Shown here: piece after piece, positions 9,589 through 20,000 of the stretch
How the letters are laid out: every line of letters begins with the position of its first letter
Position numbering within the stretch: position 1 is the first letter of the stretch
NCBI GenBank assembly: GCA_049724395.1
Contig: JAUGWO010000062.1
Location: 237,535-257,534 of the forward strand
Direction: 5' to 3'
Source: Spongospora subterranea f. sp. subterranea
Taxonomy: Eukaryota
DNA: 20,000 nt
Position numbers and translations under genes: made by a program
The notes under the pieces: model-generated
Database searches by the model: none
What the model was told of the DNA's origin: nothing
What the model saw: the letters and a program-made list of their open reading frames with translations, nothing else

Positions 9589-12301
9589 ATGTCTGTTGGG
9601 ACTGCCACTTCATCAATTGAAGCTCTGGTCCCTGGTAAAGACTTCTCTAATGAACTTCCAGCCATATCAATTGAAGAAGCGTCGGATATACGCAGGTACT
9701 TGCAGGAGCACAAGCTGCAGGTAGGCGAAATACATCTTCTTGAAGGTCAACTAACATTGATTACGCGAAGGCAGTAGTGCTGACTTGTACATGCAGGATT
9801 GTTATTAAATCGATTAGCAGTGATAGATGAAGAGAATATTCGAGCAATGTTCTCGGATGAAATTGCAGCTCAGTCACTTTGTAATGATGTTAGTAAAGTC
9901 CAAGATGCCACTACGAATATGGATAAATGGTTAAGGCATTATGATCGCCAATTAAACCGAATGAAGGTACCATAAAGCTGCTGCGCCACCTTTCTGATGA
10001 ATTAATAATCATTGGTTAGGTGGGAATCGGGCAAATAGAGCATAGGAATAGGCTGCTTGATCTCCAAGAGAGAAATCATACTTTACTGGCAGAAACGCTC
10101 CACAATTTGCTAAAAGATCTATCGTTAGGTTGCTATTGCCCAGACAATTTTTCAGCTGCATTATTTGATGGTTTATGGTCAGCTAGTGGCACATTGACTG
10201 AATTGAAGTCACCGTCAATTCTCACGTCAAATAGTCTGCAATCCTTTCGCAAAACAATTGACGCAGCAAAAGAGCTCAATGGTTTGCTAAAACGAAGATT
10301 TTTGAATGGACTTGAGAATCTTGCTGCGGTACGAGAAAAACGTCAAGAGATGGAACAGGTATAGAGTTCAACTCAACCTGTGCAACTACTGATACCTTGA
10401 ATTAGATAAGGAAAAATTTCTGTGGACACGCAGTCACTTTCTTCTCGCAATTGTTTCTAATAGAACAAAAAAAACTTTCAGAACATAGCCATAGCGAGGA
10501 ATCGGTGTTACCGAACACGGAGAAAGCGCATCTTTCTCTTGGCAAGTATGAAGAATTAATTACTGTTCTTGAATCACTAGATATGGATAGCTATATATCT
10601 GTGCGTCAACACTACATACGTCAATTCCAAATGTTGCATTTTACTCAGTTTTCTTCTTTCTTCCAACTGCAAAAAAAATTGGTTTTAAGGGAAAAACGAG
10701 ACAACGGCTTGAATTCAATGCCATTAACACATGACAATGCTACAATTTCGAAAGCGTCATCTTCAAGGTAGACACCGAATAGTTCACTCTGTTTTCACCC
10801 AATTTATTGATCAGGTCGATCAACAAAGAGAACAAAAAAGTAATAACAGATATATTCGAATCATCGCTTGAATGTATATTACCCATTCTTGGTATAATTA
10901 TGCAAATTTAATTTTTTGCGCTCCTGAACTTTCTACAACCAGTTGCTGAAAAGGAGTTCTGTATGGGGTTTTTCGGGGTCAAGCAACTTGAACCTACTGA
11001 TGGTGTCGCAGTTGATCAAGGGGAAGAGGTTTTTCTTACCTCTCCATGGCCACTAGTCTGCTCCTAACATCAGCTTAGATAGACCGAAAAAATGAAGTCG
11101 ACATCTTGGAAATGATGAGGCTATTATTTAAAGGATTGGAAGAGGAGCTGGTGGCGTTAGCTGATAAAGGTGACGAAATGGACCATCTTTACAGGTATCT
11201 ACTTGATTCTCCCAATATTTTCGTGTGCTCAGTTATTTTCTTAAGTTTGAAGATGCTGGTGAAGGTTGAGCAACTGCAACAAGAATATGATGGTACTTGC
11301 GCGTACGTAGAGTTGCTGCTGTCCCAGCTTCGCTCCCATACGCAACTGCTTTTTAATGAATTCTCCAAAGAGCAGCTAAGTTGGATCGAAACAATAAAGG
11401 TTTGCTTAAAAATTCATAGCCGTTCGTCTTTTACATGTTGAACAATAGGTATCAGCGAAACGATGTGGCATCTTAGCACCATTTGCCAAACTACCTCCAT
11501 TTATTGAAAAAATGGAGGCGGCTGCTGCTGGGCATGGTCCTAATCGCTGTGCGACTGTAGACAAAACCTATGTTCGGATAATTGACTGTATGATTGCTTG
11601 GCTACCTCAAGTATAGTTGGTGAATTGCTTTGGCTAATGTATTGTTAACTTTTAATGGGTCTAGATTGCCTACCAGGAGCCCAAATATACTACTCTAGTA
11701 ATGATGGAGAATTCACATTTTTTCTGGCGCTTTGTCTCAGAACTGTCGATTCCATGTTTAATACCCTATCAGCGTAAAGCTTACGACATGTACAAGGAAC
11801 ACCGCGACCTTTATGTGTCATGGAGTGTCAAGTATGCATTCCCAAAAGTCATGGAATATTTCGAACTCTTGGAAAACACCGCCAATAGCTTATCGTCACT
11901 CCAAGATGTACCTTTCACCCCTGGGCTATCAAAACAAGATCTTCGTACTTTACTGAAAACTTATCTCCTAAAAAAGAAGCTACAGAAAGCAGTTAATGCC
12001 ATGCTACAACGCGCAGTAAAACATTTAGGGGAGAAAGGACCGCTATTGCCGTATATCTGGACATGCATGAACGATCACTTCGTATCCAGCTTTAAAAGAT
12101 TTGAGTCGCTTGTTGCACAATGTACTGTTAGCGAATGAACTTGATAGTATCAAAAATAACGAATGCTGTATTATAGGTTATCAGGCAGAAGAAATCGAAT
12201 TGACCGTTGATGACATTAATGCGGCGTTCAGCTCAGGAAATGGTGAAGTTCTGCTCGAAAAATTATCTGAATCAGCAACTTCTCGAAGCATTCATGTTTA
12301 G
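9589..12301 (+). CDS. SEC3: Exocyst complex component Sec3/EXOC1, multi-exon
   Basis: A phase-consistent chain of short introns (e.g. 9746-9796, 9967-10019, 10129-10182) gives NRLAVIDEENIRAM, WLRHYDRQLNRMKVGIGQIEHRNRLLDLQERNHTLL, EKEFCMGFF, KRCGILAPF, KYTTLVMMENSHFF and FESLVAQCYQ, resembling the Sec3 coiled-coil and Sec3_C regions. Confidence 0.9.
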
Positions 12302-12424
12302 TTTTATAATTACACAGCGCCCTAGATATTCTACTACGACACGACAACAAACTCGAAATATCAGTAAAGTTTTATTTTTTGATTAAGTTGGGAACAATAA
12401 AGAAATGCATTGCAAAATCGCAAG

Positions 12425-14136
12425 TCACCGTTGACGCTGTCTCTGTTTTTTCGAGAGTGACGACCGGGCAACGTCGATTCTTTTAGGCTGATTGGTGAGC
12501 CCAGAAGATGCCGATGCATCTTCCCTAGCTGACTGGACTACAGATTTCCTTTTGGTTAAGATATCGTCGACATTTCCGTCTTTCCTCGCCTTGCGACGTT
12601 GCCTCCTGTTCGATTTCTGCGAAGGTGTATCCGATCCAGAGCACGAAGGGCTGCGCAATAGATCGTCTTCACAGCCTTCTTCTGAAGATAATAAATATAG
12701 AGACTCTGATTTTAACACATTATGCTCCGGCTTCTTTCGTATTGAGAACGCTTCTCCACGAACTGTTACTAATCTCCCCAGTAACGTGGCGCTCTAAATA
12801 ACCATCGTTACATCATCAATATCAACATATTCATCATTATAAGTACCGTCTCATCAGGAAAATCAAGCGTCAAACGGTCATACGCCCAACTAAACGACCG
12901 ACGCACCCTCATTATGCCAAAGGAGTTCCTGCCAACATCGATTTCTGGCTCTAAAGGATTTTCGACACATAGCAAGTACGACCGCGCATCATCAGCGAAA
13001 CCTGCAAACATCAGAGCCAATTAAGTATTTGATGGGGTAAGCATGATCAGCAGCCATACCCTTTTGAACCTTGCTGAAATAAGAACCACCATTCCTAACA
13101 CTGATTCCAACTACAGCGTAATTGAACACTTTACCATATAGCTCAAAAAACGAAAGTAATAATGCGCCCAAATTCAAATTTTTGTTTGCTGGAGAGGATA
13201 AACGCTTGGACGATCCAAATCTGCCACAGCAGTTAGTCCACAAATGTCATTGAAACCCGACCCTCTTACGGATGCAGCTGCAAGTGGCTGACAATCATCA
13301 TTTGAAGAAGGAATGATCCAATACCACCGGAGTAAGTTTCATTCATCTCCCGAAATTGCAGGAAATACTTGAGAAATAAAGTCAAAGGCCTTAGAGCCGG
13401 CATGTCTTGTTGAAAAGTGTTAATCAAATTGCAGGCGGATCGTCCATTTTCTACATTGAAGCAAACGTCAACCTTAATGCCCGTCTGTGCATCGGTAAAT
13501 TTGATAACTGCATGTGATAATCATTAAAACAATTCAGGAGAAACATTGCGTACTTACTGGGCACTTTTGCAGACAAAATTTGTTCGATGAAGGATACAGT
13601 GCCCCGTTTTTGTAGCTCATCAGCTAACAATCGCAAATTTAGTTTTGCATCACTACCGTCATAAAATACCACCAAATCAAGATCAGATACGGGGAGGTAG
13701 AGTCTGGTTGCAACAGAGCCAAACACACAGACATCTGCTCCAGGAAATAGCTCGAGAGCTAAGGATCGAAATCGACAAACGACGTCATCACGCATTTCTT
13801 GTTCATGCTGAATTGCCAATAGAACAATCAGAGTAATGTTTTGACTGGATTTTTGGATACACAAACCGTTGTAGGCGACACAAACTCGCAAAACCGGATC
13901 AGTTCTTCGTGAATTTTCTCAGTTAACGTAAGACCTTTCAAATGGCTTTTAGAGCACCTCCAAGGTTCATCATCAAAATCATCACTGCCAACCGCTTGCG
14001 GTTTTTTATCCTTGTTTGAATTCTTACAGACCCCCGTGTCTTTAAATTTCGGATCCACCGCTTGATCATTTGATGACGATAGAGGAATAAAGTCGTCCAG
14101 TAAAAAATCAGCAATCGTTGGACGAAAGCTAGTCAT
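12425..14136 (-). CDS. TRF4: Non-canonical poly(A) polymerase, Trf4/5-PAPD5/7 (TENT4) family, TRAMP complex
   Basis: Nucleotidyltransferase motif VFGSVATRLYLPVSDLDLVV, then AKVPIIKF, KVDVCFN, MNETYSGGIGSF, NLGALLLSFFELYGKVFNY and LCVENPLEPEIDVGRNSF, with a basic C-terminal tail. Five short introns splice in phase. Confidence 0.95.
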
Positions 14137-15808
14137 ATTAAAGGATATTTGATATAATAAAAATGAGACGCTTTAGGAGTGCGATCTGACGACTGATAAG
14201 GACTGATAAGGAAAGTGAGTCGTTGTGTGGATTGGAGGTCAGTGGTAATGGGGAAGTGCCGAGGTGCCAGATAACCCCTGATCCGGTCGAAATGCGAGAG
14301 CGCGAGATTGAGGGCGATTATTATAGGAGAAATGATCTAGAAGGGTCTGGTAGTCATGTGATGGGAGGAGGTGGGAGTGATCAGGCGGGAGCAGGTTCGC
14401 GGCTATCCGGGACACGGTATTACGGCCTGAGCGGGCCGCGGCCTGCGGGGTTCACTGCGGCAGGGGAGCAGGGGATACCACAGCCCACCAGGGAGGGAAT
14501 CCCACCAGGAAACTGCGCTGTGCAATGCGGCAGGGTTCATCACTGTGTACACCAAGGGAGAGAGAGATTCTACACCCGACCGGGGCTCCAATCGGATCGT
14601 TGAATGCTCTCATCTGCACCACTTCGGCACGTGTCGGTAACAGCCTCTGTTTACAGTGGGGTGCGCGGCCCTGGCCATTTCTCTCTGGTCAGCGGTTGGG
14701 CGCGGGCGGTGTAGTCGCACGATAGACAATTACTGTAAAGGACGGGCTCTGAACAATTACCCATACGTCGTCGCCTAATTTACAGCATTATAAATCTAAA
14801 ACCCTACACTGTTCACCCGGGGGTGTGTCTCTATTTGGACCGAAAATCTGTGAAAACCTTTCTTGAAAACATGTTATTGGAGCATAGCGGCAACGCCGTA
14901 TTTCAACATCAACATCAATCACTATTTATCGATTGCGTTTAATGCCGGGACAATATTCAGCGACCATCACCAATAATCAACACCATCGCCATATCAGGAA
15001 GTCATGATCCTGCGGGGACGTTGAGGCGACAACAGTATAGATTGAGTTGGGGGTTCAGGCCTGTTGGCCATCATATACCATTTGGATGGAGTAGACCATC
15101 AACGGGAGGGTGATGGATGGGTGTAATTCCTTTAGTGAAGTAGATGAGCTGTAGGTCGACCGATGCAAGGTTCAGTTGGATGATCAGACAGCCAGTAGTG
15201 CAATAGAGGTCTCCCCCTCCTTATCTGCAATCGGACCCTGTTATCCTTCTTATTCCTGCAATGTCCAACAGTCATCCCTCTACAATACTGCCGACCAATG
15301 TAATTATTCGATCATCGGTCTGTCCAACAGTCGGAATCCCTTTATTATCAGGTATTGGAACATGTTTAATGCCTTACACGATCATCTATAATATTTCACG
15401 TTAAATGTGATGAGAAGAGCGCTGAGATGTTAATGGGGAATTGGATCATATTTGTCAATCATCTTTTACCAATAACTCAACAATGACCTCATTTACTTTT
15501 CAAGTCAACATTTAGAGGCGCTGTTCCCGTGATCGAACAATGGATTTGGATGTGATAAATGGGCGTGGGGGTCGGGGAATCTGGCGCTACTTCACGGTGT
15601 CCGTAGATGGGCTGTTGAACTGGGCTGGAGTCGACTGAGGGAGAGGTGAGTGTGGATCAGGAAAACATCAGGATTTAATCCGAGTGCTGATCATCATAAT
15701 CATCCTATTTCTGATCCTAATCTCATCACGATTGCGATCCGTAGTTTTCTACTCAACAGGGGGTCCATTATAAGCGGCCTAAACAGATTTGATAAAACAT
15801 CGAAGGTC

Positions 15809-16836
15809 ATGTCGCTCTGTACCAGTTCTCACAAAGACAATCCAGTAGAATATTCTATGAAATCGACCGAACTGATATTGCCTGTATTCAGCGATAGTTC
15901 ATTAAGGAATGTATGTCATGATGAAGTGATGACCAGTAAAGAGTATCGAGAACGGAGTCAATTTGGTAATGATCCTATGCCTGATTCCACCAATACCCGT
16001 ATGCAGACATTATCATATCGCTATTTACAACAGTATTACAATTGTAATATCATTTCCCCATATCTTAGAAAAAGGACTGATCATAAATTTCAGTTATATA
16101 TAGACAGATTGACCAGCACAAGTGCCCTCGCTGTTGGTTCCTGTTGACCAATTGTAATCTCATATGTGTCATCTCCGAAACCATTCTCATTGGTGATTTT
16201 ATTGAATATCAGGTATATGTGATACATTTAAACTGGTTAATGATCCTGTATTCCTTCCTCATAAAGTCTTGACCTTGATTCATTTCCGAGGTAATCATCC
16301 TCGTTCTTTATCTTACCGTCGTAATAACAACGTTCTCAGAGTTGGGTAGATCATCAAATTCCGGTCGTATATTGTTCTCAGCTCCATCTAACAAGGCGTA
16401 CGTGTTTGGGGTCCCATCGCATGAGTCTAGATTGCTCCAATCGATCGCCGAGCATGATGGTCCAACATTAGTATTATGGCCAGGTCCCGAGTCGATCACG
16501 ACGGATGAGCTCCTGTCGGCACAAGCACAGACGGGCGACCTCAGCCCATCCTATCAAATAATCATTCTAGATGGGACATGGTCTAATTCTCGAGCCATGA
16601 ACAGGGTTATTCCCAAACACATTGCTAGAATACGGTTAAGCGGAAGCCATAGACAGGAGTTCGGTGGCGCCAGGAAACACTCAAATAAGACCAGGATATG
16701 CACAGCTGGAGCCTGTTTACACATGTTTAGGGAACTGGGGATCACGTCTCAACAGTTATCCCCATTGGCTAATGCCATCAATACCTGCTTTGATCAGTAC
16801 GCTATGCAAAAGAATTCGGAAAGAATGAGGGATTAA
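15809..16836 (+). CDS. DTW-domain tRNA-uridine aminocarboxypropyltransferase-like protein (DTWD2/TapT family); start uncertain
   Basis: Introns 16044-16093, 16154-16212 and 16291-16339 join KCPRCWFLLTNCICD (Zn-binding motif), LIHFRELGRSSNSG, LVLWPG and IIILDGTW. Confidence 0.88.
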
Positions 16837-17537
16837 CCAATATCAGGAAAAACTCATAAAGTTATATTAATTAACTCTAGAAGTTATTGTAAACGCCCCA
16901 GAACAAGCACAATCAGCGATTGCTTATGGGGTCGCACCAAGCTGATACACGAATATCATAATATATTCGGCGCGGTTGTATAAAGGAAATGACAATCGGA
17001 TTCCCAACAGATCGGTGTGTGATGAATGGGAAAAATGAGAGCGGATCGACAGTAATGCGGAATCAATGAGGATTTATTATTACAGAGAGGGTGTTAGCAC
17101 AGGAAGACCAATATCTATAGAACTGATCGATATTCGCATTAGGTAGTGATATCTAACCCTCTTTAACTTCCCATATTTACAGTCCTTCCCTCAATATACT
17201 TTTAACACCAGATATAAACCAGTTTCGTTAAATATCCAAACTGAAATGTTCTTGGACGTCCCGTTTAGACCGACGACAGTTATTGAACGGTTTATGGAAC
17301 GCGCCTGAGCGTGACAAGGACTTTACTGACGATCATTATCAACAAGAGTATTGACAGGTGGACGACCTGTGTGGTTCCATACAGGGCATTTTGATCCGCT
17401 GGCAGAAACCGATGATGTAAATGAAATAAATGGGAGTCAAGCTCATGCACAGCATATACCTGTACAGCATACTGGTCAGAGTCATCATCGAGGTTTAAAT
17501 ATGAAACAGTTTGGACTTCCACCTCCAAATTTATCGC

Positions 17538-20000
17538 GAACGTGCCCTCAAACAATGGTCAACAGTGGAATGTGTCCTGATACCCTGGTCAACAGAGGAA
17601 CGTGTCCTCATACCCTGGTCAACAGTGGAATGTGTCCTGATACCCTGGTCAACAGTGGAATGTGTCCTGATACCCTGGTCAACAGTGGAATGTGTCCTCA
17701 TACCCTGGTCAACAGAGGAATGTGTCCTGATACCCTGGTCAACAACTGATACCCTGGTCAACAGAGGAATGTGTCCTGATACCCTGGTCAACAGTGGAAT
17801 GTGTCCTGATACCCTGGTCAACAGAGGAATGATACCCTGGTCAACAGAGGAATGTGTCCTCATACCCTGGTCAACAGTGGAATGTGTCCTGATACCCTGG
17901 TGGAATGTGTCCTGATACCCTGGTCAACAGAGGAATGTGTCCTGATACCCTGGTCAACAGAGGAATGTGTCCTGATACCCTGGTCAACAGAGGAATGTGT
18001 CCTGATACCCTGGTCAACAGAGGAATGTGTCCTCATACCCTGGTCAACAGAGGAATGTGTCCTGATACCCTGGTCAACAGAGGAATGTGTCCTGATACCC
18101 TGGTCAACATATGTGTCCTGATACCCTGGTCAACAGTGGAATGTGTCCTGATACCCTGGTCAGTGGAATGTGTCCTGATACCCTGGTCAACAGAGGAATG
18201 TGTCCTCATACCCTGGTCAACAGAGGAATGTGTCCTCATACCCTGGTCAACAGAGGAATGTGTCCTGATACCCTGGTCAACAGAGGAATGTGTCCTGATA
18301 CCCTGGTCAACAGAGGAATGTGTCCTGATACCCTGGTCAACAGTGGAATGTGTCCTGATACCCTGGTCAACAGAGGAATGTGTCCTGATACCCTGGTCAA
18401 CAGTGGAATGTGTCCTGATACCCTGGTCAACAGTGGAATGTGTCCTGATACCCTGGTCAACAGAGGAATGTGTCCTGATACCCTGGTCAACAGAGGAATG
18501 TGTCCTCATACCCTGGTCAATGTGTCCTGATACCCTGGTCAACAGTGGAATGTGTCCTCTGATACCCTGGTCAACAGTGGAATGTGTCCTGATACCCTGG
18601 TCAACAGAGGAACATACCCTGGTCAACAGTGGAATGTGTCCTCAACAGATACCCTGGTCAACAGAGGAATGTGTCCTGATACCCTGGTCAACAGTGGAAT
18701 GTGTCCTGATACCCTGGTCAACAGAGGAATGTGTCCTCATACCCTGGTCAACAGTGGAATGTGATACCCTGGTCAACAGTCAACAGGAATGTGTCCTCAT
18801 ACCCTGGTCAACAGTGGAATGTGTCCTGATACCCTGGTCAACAGTGGAATGTGTCCTGCATACCCTGGTCAACAGTGGAATGTGTCCTGATACCCTGGTC
18901 AACAGTCAACAGGAATGTGTCCTGATACCCTGGTCAACAGTGGAATGTGTCCTCCATACCCTGGTCAACAGAGGAATGTGTCCTCAACAGTGGAATGTGT
19001 CCTCATACCCTGGTCAACAGAGGAATGTGTCCTGATACCCTGGTCAACTGATACCCTGGAGGAATGTGTCCTGATACCCTGGTCAACAGTGGAATGTGTC
19101 CTGATACCCTGGTCAACAGAGGAATGTGTCCTGATACCCTGGTCAACAGTGGAATGTGTCCTGATACCCTGGTCAACTGTGTCCTCCTGATACCCTGGTC
19201 AACAGTGGAATGTGTCCTGATACCCTGGTCAACAGTGGAATGTGTCCTGATACCCTGGTCAACAGAGGAATGTGTCCTGATACCCTGGTCATAGTGGAAA
19301 CATGTGGATACCCTGGTCAACAGAGGAATGTGTCCTCATACCCTGGTCAACAGTGGAATGTGTCCTGATACCCTGGTCAACAGTGGAATGTGTCCTCATA
19401 CCCTGGTCAACAGAGGAATGTGTCCTGTGTCAACAGAGGAATGTGTCCTCATACCCTGGTCCTGATACCCTGGTCAACAGTGGAATGTGTCCTCATACCC
19501 TGGTCAACAGTGGAATGTGTCCTGATACCCTGGTCAACAGGAATGGAATGTGTCCTCAACAGTGGAATGTGTCCTGATACCCTGGTCAACAGAGGAATGT
19601 GTCCTGATACCCTGGTCAACAGTGGAATGTGTCCTCATACCCTGGTCAACAGTGGAATGTGTCCTGATACCCTGGTCAACAGTGGAATGTGTCCTGATAC
19701 CCTGGTCAACAGTGGAATGTGTCCTGATACCCTGGTCAACAGTGGAATGTGTCCTGATACCCTGGTCAACAGTGGAATGTGTCCTCATACCCTGGTCAAC
19801 AGTGGAATGTGTCCTGATACCCTGGTCAACAGTGGAATGTGTCCTCATACCCTGGTCAACAGTGGAATGTCCTCATACCCTGGTCAACAGTGGAATGTGT
19901 CCTGATACCCTGGTCAACAGTGGAATGTGTCCTCATACCCTGGTCAACAGTGGAATGTGTCCTCATACCCTGGTCAACAGTGGAATGTGTCCTCATACCC
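17538..20000. repeat. 30-bp tandem array (minisatellite/satellite), roughly 80 units, running off the window end
   Basis: Consensus GGAATGTGTCCT(G/C)ATACCCTGGTCAACAG(T/A). The first units are degenerate, and internal units carry sporadic deletions. Confidence 0.98.

Noticed and set aside
14380..14720. SRP RNA or RNase MRP/P RNA
   Set aside because: CAGGCGGGAGCAGG lacks the SRP helix-8 tetraloop hairpin, the Alu-like GGGCGCGG..TGTAGTC is at the wrong end, and CGGGGCTC has no matching upstream GGAAAGTCCCCG-type partner.
14223..14725. ORFs of 126, 62 and 66 aa in the GC-rich block
   Set aside because: Non-ATG starts, no recognisable motifs, and open frames are expected at high GC.
15407..15425. 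C/D box snoRNA (GTGATGA...CTGA)
   Set aside because: The boxes are only 8 nt apart, and I saw no convincing terminal stem or guide sequence.
1625..16745. Antisense and alternate-frame ORFs over identified genes (e.g. 1625-1951, 2784-3170, 8613-8900, 12492-12797, 16554-16745)
   Set aside because: They are shadow ORFs of well-supported genes on the opposite strand, with no independent motifs.
17511..19905. Many overlapping ORFs (ECVLIPWST, TRVSGHIPLL, DQGIRTHSTV) as separate genes
   Set aside because: They are by-products of a 30-nt unit lacking stops in most frames.
17538..20000. CRISPR array
   Set aside because: The units are head-to-tail with no unique spacers, there are no cas genes, and the context is eukaryotic.

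Overview
Gene-dense eukaryotic DNA with many very short GT-AG introns (about 45-72 nt). This style suggests a compact protist genome such as a plasmodiophorid, which is my inference. Manual splicing gives eight recognisable genes: a partial DYRK2-type kinase (-), ARPC4 (+), a membrane-anchored ADAM-like metalloprotease/disintegrin (-), a divergent VAC14 (+), eIF3h (-), a SEC3/EXOC1 apparently lacking its N-terminal PH domain (+), a Trf4/PAPD5-type poly(A) polymerase (-) and a DTW-domain tRNA modification enzyme (+). The window ends in about 2.5 kb of a 30-bp tandem array that an open reading frame enters from unique sequence. Notable oddities are +2 dinucleotide frameshifts in ADAM and VAC14, a 15-aa insert in ARPC4, a duplicated palindromic cassette in a divergent promoter, and a GC-rich non-coding block next to an 11-nt TTTTAGGG-type telomerase-template-like motif. 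No novel system is established; the last item and the ORF-linked array are the best leads.
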